Assembly: GCA_964291265.2 (NCBI GenBank)
Contig: OZ219747.1
Location: 3,584,001 to 3,648,000 of the forward strand
Length of the DNA: 64,000 bases
Source of the DNA: Alphaproteobacteria bacterium
Lineage (GTDB): Bacteria; Pseudomonadota; Alphaproteobacteria; SP197
Direction of reading: 5' to 3'
Below, in pieces: positions 39,617-49,293 of the stretch. The notes beneath the pieces were generated by a model. It did no database searches. It was given only the letters and a program-made list of their open reading frames with translations, and was not told where the DNA came from. Every line of letters starts with the position of its first letter. Positions within the stretch are counted from its first letter, which is position 1. Position numbers and translations under genes: made by a program.

Positions 39617-40696
39617 TCACGCGCTGGCCAGAACTTCGGTGAGAACACGATCAAGGGCAGCCATGTCATCGGGAGGACCGATGGTGATCCTGAGATGACG
39701 CTCAAGACCGAAGTTGGCGAGACGTCTGAGCAGGATGCCGCGCGCCTTCACCCGCTGGTAGAGCGTTTCGGCGTCCATGGCGACGGCCTGCGGCAGTCCG
39801 GCCATGAGAAAGTTGCCATCACCGGGAACCACATCGAGACCGAGTTCAACGAGCCGTGCCGTCATCCGCTCCTTGAGCGCGCGTGTCTGCTGCACCACCT
39901 GGGTCGTGTGCCCGGTGTCGGCGAGCGAGGCGATGGCCGCCGCCATGGCGGGCCCGGAGAGAATGCCTGGCAGGCAAACCTTCGCCACCGCCTCGACGAC
40001 ATGGCGCCGGGCATAGGCCCAGCCGGTGCGCAGGCCGGCCAGCCCGTGCGCCTTGGAGAACGTGTGAAGGATGACGGCATTGTACCCTTCGTCGACCAGA
40101 ACATGGGCTGACGGCGCCGACGGAACGGGGACATAGTCGGCATAGGCCGCGTCAATCATGAGGAGTACGTGATCGGGCAGGGCCTCCGCGAGGCGACGCA
40201 GGGCATCCAGACCCACCGATGTGCCCGTGGGATTGTTGGGACTGGCGACGTAAAGGATGGCGCAACTGCCGGTGACAGCCTCGATGAAGGCATCGATATC
40301 GTGAGTGAAGGTTGGTTCCTCGACCAGTTTTACCCCTGCTCCTGTTGCGCGGGCAAGAACAGAAGGGAAAGCGTAGCTCAAGCGCCCGGTCACGAGAATG
40401 CGCCCGGGCTCCAGGCAGCACGCCGCCAGGTCGCGCATGATGTCCATCGAACCGGCGCCGCAGACGATGCGGTCCTCGTCGAGACCGTGATGGTCGGCAA
40501 GCGCCCGTTTCAAGGCCGAATAGTTTTCGTCGTTGTACCTGCGGGTGTCACGACACGCCTGACGCGCCGCCTCGATGGCCCTGGGACTGGGAGGGAAGGC
40601 GGATTCGTTGAAACCCAGCTGAACCATGTCCCCGACGGTCTCGCCGGAGACATAGGGCATCATCTCGCGGACCGTGCGTCGCACCGTGAATGGCAT
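39617..40696 (-). CDS. Histidinol-phosphate aminotransferase-like PLP enzyme
   Basis: LGFNESAF, GAGSMD, SPNNPTG, IDAAYADY, HTFSKAHGLAGLRTGW, GNFL, LRITIG. Confidence 0.85.
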   Translation of the reverse strand: MPFTVRRTVREMMPYVSGETVGDMVQLGFNESAFPPSPRAIEAARQACRDTRRYNDENYSALKRALADHHGLDEDRIVCGAGSMDIMRDLAACCLEPGRILVTGRLSYAFPSVLARATGAGVKLVEEPTFTHDIDAFIEAVTGSCAILYVASPNNPTGTSVGLDALRRLAEALPDHVLLMIDAAYADYVPVPSAPSAHVLVDEGYNAVILHTFSKAHGLAGLRTGWAYARRHVVEAVAKVCLPGILSGPAMAAAIASLADTGHTTQVVQQTRALKERMTARLVELGLDVVPGDGNFLMAGLPQAVAMDAETLYQRVKARGILLRRLANFGLERHLRITIGPPDDMAALDRVLTEVLASA

Positions 40697-40704
40697 GACG
40701 CCGG

Positions 40705-41880
40705 TCAGGCGTTGAGCGGGAGGGAGTCGGAACCGGTCGCCGCATCGACGAAGGGCTCCTTGCCCAGGATGGCAAGTCCGTAACCCTCGATGGCCCTGTA
40801 GGGTGCCGGATTGTTGGTCAGGATGCGAATTGTGCGCAGACCAAGGTCGTGCAGGATCTGGGCGCCCGTGCCGTACTGCCGCCAGTCGAGGCCGTGCAGG
40901 ACATCGTTGCGGTCCCCATCCGATTCTCCGTAGATCCGCCGGCGTCCGAATCCAAGCCCCCAACCCTGCGGTCCGCGCAGATAGAGAAAGACGGCAGCCG
41001 GCTCCCGGGCAAGCCGCTCGAGCGCAATGTCCACGAGACTGCGGCCGGCTCCCCTTACCGTGCCGAAGACATCGTCGATGGCGCTGGCTGAATGGACCCT
41101 GACGAGAACGCCGTTGCCGGAAGAGCGAATATCCCCCTTCACAAGGGCGAGATGTTCGGTGTCGTCGATGTCCGAACGATAGACGAGGACTTCGAAGGGA
41201 CCGTGCCGGGTCTCGAAGGGCGCCCGGTCGATGAGCGTGACGAGGCGCTCGGTGCGTCGCCGGTAGGCAATGAGATCGGCAATGGAGATCAGGGCCAACC
41301 CGTTCTCGCGGGCGAGGGGCACCAGGTCCGGCAGACGCATGAGAGCGCCCCGGTCGTCGACGATCTCGCAGATCATGCCTGCCGGAGCACACCCGGCGAG
41401 CCGCGCCAGGTCGACGGCAGCCTCGGTATGACCGGCGCGGGTCAGAACACCTCCTTCCCGCGCCCGCAACGGGAAGATGTGTCCGGGCCGGGCAAAACTC
41501 GACGCATCGACACGCCGGTTGCCGCCGTCGCCGGCAAGCGCCCGGATGGTGCGCGCCCGATCCTCGGCGGAAATGCCTGTGGTCGTGCCGAAACGGTAGT
41601 CAACGGAAATCGTGAAGGCCGTGCGGTGTTGCTCGGTGTTGTGCTGCACCATCTGCGGCAACTCGAGCTCATCGAGACGTTCCCCTTCCATGGGAACGCA
41701 GATGACGCCCGCTGTGTGACGAACAAAGAAAGCGACCAGTTCCGGCGTCGCCTTTCCCGCCGCCATGATGAGATCGCCTTCATTCTCGCGGTGTTCATCG
41801 TCGACGACGACGACGGGCCGCCCTGCGGCAATCTCGGCAATCGCCTCCTCGATGGACGAGAAACATCGTTCCTGCGTCAT
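40705..41880 (-). CDS. ribB: 3,4-dihydroxy-2-butanone-4-phosphate synthase fused to a degenerate GTP cyclohydrolase II domain (RibBX-type)
   Basis: VVDDEHRENEGD, TAFTISVD, TTGISA.DR, RPGHIFPL, RAGHTEA. C-domain VRVHSASAIDDVFG lacks the zinc cysteines. Confidence 0.9.
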   Translation of the reverse strand: MTQERCFSSIEEAIAEIAAGRPVVVVDDEHRENEGDLIMAAGKATPELVAFFVRHTAGVICVPMEGERLDELELPQMVQHNTEQHRTAFTISVDYRFGTTTGISAEDRARTIRALAGDGGNRRVDASSFARPGHIFPLRAREGGVLTRAGHTEAAVDLARLAGCAPAGMICEIVDDRGALMRLPDLVPLARENGLALISIADLIAYRRRTERLVTLIDRAPFETRHGPFEVLVYRSDIDDTEHLALVKGDIRSSGNGVLVRVHSASAIDDVFGTVRGAGRSLVDIALERLAREPAAVFLYLRGPQGWGLGFGRRRIYGESDGDRNDVLHGLDWRQYGTGAQILHDLGLRTIRILTNNPAPYRAIEGYGLAILGKEPFVDAATGSDSLPLNA

Positions 41881-41922
41881 GGCCGAGATCCCCGATCATG
41901 ATCAGGCGCCGGAACAGGATCG

Positions 41923-42282
41923 TCACGCCGCGAGGAGATTGTCGATCTCGCCGATGATGCTGTTGAGATGGAACCGCGGGAGCAGGCATGCCTCGTCGAG
42001 AGCCGGAAAAGCTCCCTGGCGCAAGGCCAGGACACCGAATCCGTCCAGAAAGAGGATGCGCAGGCCCGGGATGGTTGCCACCGCACGCCTGGCCAGTTCC
42101 GGTCCATCGATGTCATTCATCCTCGCCTCGGCGATGAGAATCCTGAAGGCTCCCGGCACAAGCCACGCGATCGCTTCGCGTCCGTTCGCCATCGGCAAGA
42201 CAACATGTCCCTGTCTCAACAGCCGCTTTGCCAGATATCCCCGAAGCACATCGTCCGACGCAACCAGGAGAATGCGTGCCAT
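41923..42282 (-). CDS. cpdR: CpdR-like single-domain response regulator (atypical receiver)
   Basis: MARILL..DD.LRGYLA..L, DGPELARR, LRILF..GF, FHL..I..EI..LLAA matches CpdR in length and termini; divergent from N-formylglutamate amidohydrolase. Confidence 0.65.
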   Translation of the reverse strand: MARILLVASDDVLRGYLAKRLLRQGHVVLPMANGREAIAWLVPGAFRILIAEARMNDIDGPELARRAVATIPGLRILFLDGFGVLALRQGAFPALDEACLLPRFHLNSIIGEIDNLLAA

Positions 42283-42381
42283 CGGCCCTACGTCCGCTCG
42301 CACCGATTGTCCAGACAACCCGGCACACCGACTCTCCACTCGATGCGTGACATCGACATGCGCCTAATCTAAACCGGTCGC

Positions 42382-43296
42382 GTGACACGCGCAAACGATA
42401 ATGACGGGTTGGAGATCCTCGAGGTCACCCACCCCGACCACCGGACCCTGCCGGTCCTGGTCTCGTCGCCACACAGCGGCCGAAACTACGATCCAACCTT
42501 TCTCGGGATGACACGTCTCGACAGCCAGACGATCCGCCGCTCCGAGGATGCTCTCGTCGACCGCCTCATAGCCGGCGTCCCGGCACTCGGCGCTCCTACC
42601 ATAGCGGCGCTCTTTCCCCGCGCCTGGATCGATGTCAACCGCGAGCCGGGCGAGCTTGATTGCACCATGTTCGAGGGACGGTTGAACGCCTCGCCTGGCC
42701 ACAACAGTCCGCGCGTCAGGGCGGGGCTGGGAGTCATCCCGCGCGTCGTTACCGGCGGCGCGGAAATCTACCGATCGAGGCTGCCGGCGATGGAAGCACA
42801 ACGCCGCATTGCCGGCTTCTACACTCCCTATCACGCCGCACTCGAACGGCTGATCGACGAAACCCGTCGGCTGTTTGGCGCCACCTGTCTGATCGACTGT
42901 CATTCCATGCCGTCGGCCAACCCTGCCTGCGGCCGCGAGTCCGTCGATATCGTGCTCGGTGACCGGTTCGGCACGTCGTGCGCCCCGGCGGTTTCGCGCG
43001 CCGCAACGGAAGCCCTCGAGGCACAGGGGGCGATGGTTCGCCGCAACACTCCCTATCCTGGCGGCCATATCACGAGGCGCCATGGAAGGCCGGACCTCGG
43101 CATGCACGCCATACAGATCGAGGTTGACCGGCGACTCTATCTCGATGAGACGACCTTCGAGCCGACCGCGGGATTCAGAGCCACGGCGCGCCTCCTCGAG
43201 ACCGCGATCCTGGCGATCGCGCAGGTGGTCCAGGGTCTGGTGCAGCCTGTCACGAACGTGGAGCGCACGTTGACGGACGCCGGCAGGAAAGCATGA
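42382..43296 (+). CDS. N-formylglutamate amidohydrolase
   Basis: SSPHSG, SEDALVD, RAWIDVNR, GLGVIPR, YTPYH, IDCHSMPS, DIVLGDRFG, PYPGG, HAIQIEVDRRLY. Confidence 0.92.
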   Translation: MTRANDNDGLEILEVTHPDHRTLPVLVSSPHSGRNYDPTFLGMTRLDSQTIRRSEDALVDRLIAGVPALGAPTIAALFPRAWIDVNREPGELDCTMFEGRLNASPGHNSPRVRAGLGVIPRVVTGGAEIYRSRLPAMEAQRRIAGFYTPYHAALERLIDETRRLFGATCLIDCHSMPSANPACGRESVDIVLGDRFGTSCAPAVSRAATEALEAQGAMVRRNTPYPGGHITRRHGRPDLGMHAIQIEVDRRLYLDETTFEPTAGFRATARLLETAILAIAQVVQGLVQPVTNVERTLTDAGRKA

Positions 43297-43328
43297 TTGC
43301 CAGCGGCCGGCCGACGAGGAGGATCAAC

Positions 43329-45356
43329 ATGACGGTTGACGACATCACGGTGGTGACGGACTTCCCCCATCAGGTCGAACTCATCGAGAATGCATGGATT
43401 CCACTGTCGAACGGCATCCGGCTGGCCGCACGCATCTGGTTGCCTGAGGACGCACGCGACAATCCGGTTCCGGCCATTCTCGAGTACCTTCCCTACCGCA
43501 AGCGGGACGGCACCCGTGACCGCGACGAACTGACCCATCCCTGGTATGCCGGTCACGGCTACGCAGCCGTGCGGGTGGATATTCGGGGTTCCGGGGAGTC
43601 GGAGGGTGTTCTCGAGGACGAATACCTGAAGCAGGAACAGGACGACGCCCTCGAAGTCCTTGCCTGGATCGCCTCGCAGGACTGGTGCACCGGTGCCTGC
43701 GGCATGATCGGAATCTCCTGGGGTGGGTTCAATGGGCTGCAGATCGCTGCCCGGCGGCCACCGGAACTCAAGGCCATCGTCACCATTGCCTCGACGGATG
43801 ATCGCTACAGCGACGACATCCACTACATGGGCGGAGTCATGACCAATGACTCGATGTCCTGGGCCTCCACCATGTTCGGCATGAACACGCGCCCGCCCGA
43901 TCCGGCCCTGGTCGACAACTGGCGTGAACTGTGGATGGCCCGGCTCGAGGCGAACGATCCATGGCTCATCAAGTGGTTGCACCACCAGCGCCGCGACGCC
44001 TTGTGGAAGCACGGATCCGTCATCGAGAACCACGCCAACATCGAAGCAGCCGTCTATGCCGTCGGCGGCTGGGCCGACGGCTACTCGAACGCCGTGCCGC
44101 GCATGCTGGCAGGCCTGACATGCCCAAGGAAGGGTCTGGTCGGCCCCTGGGCGCACAAGTACCCGCACTTTGCCAATCCCGGGCCGCGCATCGGTTTCCT
44201 CCAGGAGACCCTTCGCTGGTGGGACCGCTGGCTCAAGGACATCGACAACGGAATCATGGACGAACCCATGTACAGGGTGTGGATGCAGCACAGCCATCCA
44301 CCTGCCACCTGGAGCGGCCATCGTGAGGGACGCTGGGTGGCCGAACCCGGCTGGCCCTCCCCGTCCATCGAGAACGTGGCCTTCGAGTGTTCTGCCCACG
44401 GCCGTCTGGAACGCGATGGCAAACCGACATCGCCCGTCATCATCCGCACGCCGCTCACCATGGGTCAGGACCAGGGAGAATGGTGCCAGTACGGACTGGA
44501 TCACGATGCGCCGGGCGATCAACGCGCAGAGGACGGCTGTTCAATCGTCTTCGAAACCGGTCCTCTCGGCGAACCTCTGGGAATCCTCGGCGCGCCCGTC
44601 GCCGAGCTCGATGTCTCCGCCGACCGGCCATGCGCCTTCATTGTTGCCAGGCTGTGTGATGTCGCCCCCGACGGCGCATCGACGCGGGTGACCTACGGGG
44701 TGCTCAACCTCACCCACCGTGACAGCCATGAGCATCCGGAGCCCCTCGAGCCCGGAACGGTCTACCGCGTGCGGGTGCAGCTCAACGACATGGCCCAGGA
44801 GTTTGCTGTCGGCCATCGCATCCGCCTGGCGCTTTCCAACTCCCTGTGGCCCTTGTTGTGGCCTTCTCCCGAACCGGTCTCGCTCACGCTGCACCGCGGC
44901 ACCCTTCATCTGCCACGGCGCCGGCATCGTGCCGACGACGAGTCGCTGCGGGTGTTTCCACCCTCCCAGAGTGCGCAACCGTGGAAGACAGAAGTGATCG
45001 AACCACCGTCCGGCCGGCGATGGACGTCTCGTGAGGCGACCGGAGAGGTGCGCTCCTCGGTGCTGCGTGATGGCGGGCTCGTCCGTGATCCGGCCACTGA
45101 CTGGACTTTCGGCGCCCGGTGCGAGCAGCATTTCGACATCACCGAAGACGACCCCGCGTCCGCCCGCATCACCATCACCTGGACGTGGCGGCAATGGCGC
45201 GAATCAGCCGGCTTCGATGTCAGCACGACAACGCGCTCGAGCCTCACGTGCACCCGGGATGACTGGGTGTTCGAGGCCGACTGCGAGGCTTTCGAAAATG
45301 GCCGCAGGGTGTGGGCGCGAAGCTGGAATGAGACCATTCCCCGTGACCTCAACTGA
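43329..45356 (+). CDS. CocE/NonD family alpha/beta hydrolase (peptidase S15)
   Basis: ILEYLPYRKRD, VDIRGSGESEG, GISWGG nucleophile elbow, GGWADGY, VGPWAH, PepX-C domain. Confidence 0.92.
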   Translation: MTVDDITVVTDFPHQVELIENAWIPLSNGIRLAARIWLPEDARDNPVPAILEYLPYRKRDGTRDRDELTHPWYAGHGYAAVRVDIRGSGESEGVLEDEYLKQEQDDALEVLAWIASQDWCTGACGMIGISWGGFNGLQIAARRPPELKAIVTIASTDDRYSDDIHYMGGVMTNDSMSWASTMFGMNTRPPDPALVDNWRELWMARLEANDPWLIKWLHHQRRDALWKHGSVIENHANIEAAVYAVGGWADGYSNAVPRMLAGLTCPRKGLVGPWAHKYPHFANPGPRIGFLQETLRWWDRWLKDIDNGIMDEPMYRVWMQHSHPPATWSGHREGRWVAEPGWPSPSIENVAFECSAHGRLERDGKPTSPVIIRTPLTMGQDQGEWCQYGLDHDAPGDQRAEDGCSIVFETGPLGEPLGILGAPVAELDVSADRPCAFIVARLCDVAPDGASTRVTYGVLNLTHRDSHEHPEPLEPGTVYRVRVQLNDMAQEFAVGHRIRLALSNSLWPLLWPSPEPVSLTLHRGTLHLPRRRHRADDESLRVFPPSQSAQPWKTEVIEPPSGRRWTSREATGEVRSSVLRDGGLVRDPATDWTFGARCEQHFDITEDDPASARITITWTWRQWRESAGFDVSTTTRSSLTCTRDDWVFEADCEAFENGRRVWARSWNETIPRDLN

Positions 45357-45425
45357 GCGTCGGGCCATGGAGGCAGACGACAGGACGGTTGACTTGCCGG
45401 CCGATCCATAGCCCGATAGCAGACC

Positions 45426-46370
45426 ATGCTGTTCTATACCGTCAAGCGCCTCGGCCTTGCCATCCTCATCGTCTGCCTGGCGATGCTGATGCTGTTGTCG
45501 GCCATCCACCTCGTCCCGGGAGACCCCGCCGGTATCGCTTTGGGACCCCGGGCCACGCCGGAGATGCGGGCCGAGTTCCGTGCCCTCATGGGAATGGATC
45601 AGCCGTTCTTCGTGCAGTACTTCAGGTTCATCGGCAACGTCGTCACCGGCGATCTGGGTGTCGACGTGTGGTCGCGGCGCCCGGTCAGCACCATGATCGG
45701 TGAGCAGTTGCCTCACACCATCGACCTTGCCATCGCCGGACTGGGCTGGGCCATCGTGCTGGGCATTCCGATGGGGTGTTACTCGGCGGTTCACCGCAAT
45801 AGCGTCCTCGACAAGCTGACCGGTGTGCTGTCGGTGGGCTGCATCGCCATCCCCTCGTTCATCGTCGGTCTCTATGCGCTCCTCCTCTTCGCCGTCGAAC
45901 TGAAGATCTTTCCGGCGATCGGCGCCGGTGACGCCGGCGACATCAAGGACCAGCTTGTCCACCTCGTGCTGCCGGGGCTGGCCGTCGGACTGGGCTGGGT
46001 CGGCTACCTGGCGCGGTTCGTCCGCACCTCGATGCTGGAAGTCATGGGCGAGAACCACATCAGGATGGCGCGGGCCTACGGTCTCTCGAACCGGCGCATT
46101 ACCTATGTCTATGCCCTCAAGCTGGCCATTCTGCCCACCGTTGCCCTTCTCGGCGTCGGGGTGGGCAGCCTCATTTCGGGAGCCGTCTTCGCGGAGATCA
46201 TTTTCGCGCGTCCGGGAATCGGCAAGATGGTCGTGGACGCAGTCAACACCCGGAACTACCCGATTGTCATGGGCGGCGTTCTCGTCACGACCATGCTCTT
46301 TGCCCTGTCGACACTGATCTCGGATCTCGTCGCCGCCTGGCTTGACCCGCGGATCCGCCAGGGCCTCTAG
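45426..46370 (+). CDS. Peptide-type ABC transporter permease (DppB-like)
   Basis: LVPGDP, GDLG, RTSMLEVM...IRMARAYG, EIIFARPGIG, LDPRIR. Confidence 0.93.
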   Translation: MLFYTVKRLGLAILIVCLAMLMLLSAIHLVPGDPAGIALGPRATPEMRAEFRALMGMDQPFFVQYFRFIGNVVTGDLGVDVWSRRPVSTMIGEQLPHTIDLAIAGLGWAIVLGIPMGCYSAVHRNSVLDKLTGVLSVGCIAIPSFIVGLYALLLFAVELKIFPAIGAGDAGDIKDQLVHLVLPGLAVGLGWVGYLARFVRTSMLEVMGENHIRMARAYGLSNRRITYVYALKLAILPTVALLGVGVGSLISGAVFAEIIFARPGIGKMVVDAVNTRNYPIVMGGVLVTTMLFALSTLISDLVAAWLDPRIRQGL

Positions 46371-47252
46371 ATGGCCGGCACCGTCTCCAGCGACGTCGCA
46401 ATTCGCCGGGAACCTCGATTCGCCTGGTTCCGCCAGCTCCTGCGCGACCCCCTGGGCTGCCTTGGCCTGGTGCTGGTGCTTCTCATCATCCTTTCGGCGG
46501 TCGGCGCGGACATCATCGCGCCCCACGACTACAAGGCGCTCGACGTCAAGTCCAGGCTCGCCGGCCCGTCGTGGGACCATCTCCTGGGCACCGACAACCT
46601 GGGCCGCGATACCTTCAGCCGCATCCTCCACGGCGGTCAGATTGCCCTCTACGTGGCGCTGGTTTCGGTCGGTTCGTCGCTCCTGCTCGGACTGGTGCTC
46701 GGCATGCTTGCCGGATACGGTCCGTCGTGGCTCGACAACATCCTGATGTGGTTTTTCGATTCGGTGCGCGCCTTTCCCGTCATCATGTTCGCGCTGGCCG
46801 TGATCACCGTGGTGGGGCCGAGCCTGGAGACCATCATCTTCGTTGTCATCGTCACCACGACTCCTGGCTATGCCCGCATTGCCAGGGCATCGACCCTGGC
46901 GACCAAGAACACGGAGTTCATTCTTGCCGAACGGGCCCTCGGCGCCAGTGTGCCACGCATCATGTTTTCCCACCTCGTACCCAACATCGTGCAGCCCCTG
47001 CTCATCCTCTGCAGCATGGACATCCCGGTGGTCATCACCATCGAGGCCGGCCTCTCCTTCCTCGGTCTTGGCGTCAAGCCGCCGACGCCGTCCTGGGGTT
47101 CGATTCTCAACGACGGATACGGATTCATCCGCAACACGCCCTGGCTCGTCATCGCCGGCGGGATCCCGCTCATCATCACCACTCTTGGATTCACCTTCCT
47201 CGGCGAGGCGCTTCGAGACGTTCTCGACCCCAAGCTCAAGAAGGACCGATGA
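46371..47252 (+). CDS. Peptide-type ABC transporter permease (DppC-like)
   Basis: HLLGTDNLGRD, EFILAERALGAS, HLVPN, EAGLSFLGLG..PPTPSWG, GEALRDVLDP. Confidence 0.93.
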   Translation: MAGTVSSDVAIRREPRFAWFRQLLRDPLGCLGLVLVLLIILSAVGADIIAPHDYKALDVKSRLAGPSWDHLLGTDNLGRDTFSRILHGGQIALYVALVSVGSSLLLGLVLGMLAGYGPSWLDNILMWFFDSVRAFPVIMFALAVITVVGPSLETIIFVVIVTTTPGYARIARASTLATKNTEFILAERALGASVPRIMFSHLVPNIVQPLLILCSMDIPVVITIEAGLSFLGLGVKPPTPSWGSILNDGYGFIRNTPWLVIAGGIPLIITTLGFTFLGEALRDVLDPKLKKDR

Positions 47253-48232
47253 CCGACCGCGATAACACGGTTCTGAAAGTGCGCGACCTCTGCGTCGACT
47301 TCCTCACGGGCCGCGGGACGGTGCGCGCCCTGCGCCATGTCGATCTGACGGTACCCGACAACAAGATCGTCGGAATCGTCGGCGAGTCGGGCTGCGGCAA
47401 GTCGACCCTGATCAACAGTGTTCTGCGCTTGCTGGCTGCCAATGCGGTGGTGGCGGAGTCGTCCTCCGTGATCTTCAAGGGGCGCGATGTTCTCACCATG
47501 AGTTCGGCGGACCTGCGCGGTATCCGCGGCAGGGAGATCTCCATGGTGTTCCAGGATCCCATGACGGCTCTCAACCCGGTGATCTCCATCGGCACCCAGA
47601 TGACCGACATTCTCTACCGACTCGACATGTCCAAGGCCGACAAGCGCCGCCTCGCCACCGACTTGCTGGGCCAGGTCGGCATTCCCGATCCGGCACGGCG
47701 CCTTGCCGACTATCCGCACCAGTTCTCCGGCGGCATGCGCCAGAGGATCTGCATCGCCATGGCGCTGATGATGAATCCGGGCCTGCTCATCGCCGACGAG
47801 CCGACGACCGCCCTCGATGTCACCCTTGAAGCGCAGATCATTCATCTGATGAAGGACCTGTGCGCCCGATTCGACTGTTCCATGCTGTTCGTCTCGCACA
47901 ATCTCGGCCTGATTGCCGAACTGTGCGACGAAGTGGTGGTCATGTATGCCGGAGAGGTCGTCGAACAGGGAGATGTCCACGACCTCTTTCACCGGGCGCA
48001 GCACCCCTATACGCGCATGCTGCTCGACTGTGATCCGGCGCGCATCGCGGAGAAGCGCCGCGACCTGCCGACCATTTCCGGCAGTGTGCCGGACCTGATC
48101 GACCTGCCACAGGGCTGCATCTTCGCTCCACGTTGTCCGGAACGCTACGCGCCCTGTTCCGATTCCGCGCCGGCGACCTACGACGTCAACGCCGTGCACC
48201 AGGCCCGGTGTTTCCAGGTGCGTGATGCCTGA
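47249..48232 (+). CDS. Peptide-type ABC transporter ATP-binding protein (DppD-like)
   Basis: [37 protein letters not shown]-terminal Cys motif. Confidence 0.94.
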   Translation: MTDRDNTVLKVRDLCVDFLTGRGTVRALRHVDLTVPDNKIVGIVGESGCGKSTLINSVLRLLAANAVVAESSSVIFKGRDVLTMSSADLRGIRGREISMVFQDPMTALNPVISIGTQMTDILYRLDMSKADKRRLATDLLGQVGIPDPARRLADYPHQFSGGMRQRICIAMALMMNPGLLIADEPTTALDVTLEAQIIHLMKDLCARFDCSMLFVSHNLGLIAELCDEVVVMYAGEVVEQGDVHDLFHRAQHPYTRMLLDCDPARIAEKRRDLPTISGSVPDLIDLPQGCIFAPRCPERYAPCSDSAPATYDVNAVHQARCFQVRDA

Positions 48233-49238
48233 ATTGCTCGAAGTCGAGGGACTGCGCGTCCGATTCCGCACCGCCGGTCCCGTCAAGTCGCTCATCCAGA
48301 GGCTGACCGATCCCCATATCGATGCCGTGATGCAGGTCTCCTTCACCCTGAACGAGGGAGAGACCTTCGGACTGGTCGGTGAATCGGGTTCGGGAAAGAC
48401 CACCCTGGGACGCGCCGTGATCGGCCTCGTGGAGATGGCCGAAGGCAGCATCACCTTCAACGGAACCGAATTGCGCGGCCTTGACGACTCCCGCCTCAGG
48501 GCCATCAGACGGCATGTGGCGATGATGTTCCAGGATCCCGTGGCCAGCCTGTCGCCCCGCAAGACTGTCCGCAGTCTCATCACCGAACCCTTCCACATCC
48601 ACCGCATTCCGGGGCGCCAGAGCGCCCGCGACGCAAGGAGGCTGCTCGACCTGGTGGGTCTCCACGAAGGGTTCCTGGGAGTCTATCCCCACCAGCTGTC
48701 GGGAGGGCAGGCGCGCCGCGTCGGAGTGGCGCGGGCATTGGCCCTGGAGCCGCGCCTGATCATTGCCGACGAGCCGACGGCCGGACTCGATGTCTCCGTC
48801 CAGGGCGAGATTCTCAACCTGATGAACCGCCTTCAGCGCGAACTCGGTCTCTCCTATCTCATCATCACCCACAACCTCCCGGTGGTGCGCCATGTCAGCG
48901 ACCGCCTTGCCATCATGTACCTGGGGCGATTTGTCGAGACAGGAGACACCGACGGGATCTTCGCCAGTCCGGCTCATCCCTATACCCTGGGCCTGCTCGC
49001 GGCCGTGCCGGAGCCCGACCCCGACAAGCGCCGCGACAAGCTGGAGCTCGAAGGGGAGATTCCATCCCTGATGAATCGCCCCCCGGGCTGCGAATTCCAC
49101 ACCCGCTGCCCCTTCGTCCGGGAGAAGTGCCGTTCAGAGGCTCCCGTGCTGCAGAAGGTGGCGCCGGGAAGGATGGCGAGCTGTCACTTCCCCTTTCCGA
49201 ATCCGGCTGAGGCTGGTACATCCGGCGCCGGGGGGTGA
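48225..49238 (+). CDS. Peptide-type ABC transporter ATP-binding protein (DppF-like)
   Basis: GESGSGKT, YPHQLSGGQ, IADEPTAGLD, GCEFHTRCP. Confidence 0.94.
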   Translation: MPELLEVEGLRVRFRTAGPVKSLIQRLTDPHIDAVMQVSFTLNEGETFGLVGESGSGKTTLGRAVIGLVEMAEGSITFNGTELRGLDDSRLRAIRRHVAMMFQDPVASLSPRKTVRSLITEPFHIHRIPGRQSARDARRLLDLVGLHEGFLGVYPHQLSGGQARRVGVARALALEPRLIIADEPTAGLDVSVQGEILNLMNRLQRELGLSYLIITHNLPVVRHVSDRLAIMYLGRFVETGDTDGIFASPAHPYTLGLLAAVPEPDPDKRRDKLELEGEIPSLMNRPPGCEFHTRCPFVREKCRSEAPVLQKVAPGRMASCHFPFPNPAEAGTSGAGG

Positions 49239-49293
49239 CACCCGACGTGTCATTCGGCATGGTTCGCCCCCCCTTCCAGGGAATGCAACAGGT

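Noticed and set aside
41881-41922. tRNA downstream of cpdR
   Set aside because: Only 42 bp separate cpdR and ribB; no cloverleaf was seen here or elsewhere in the window.
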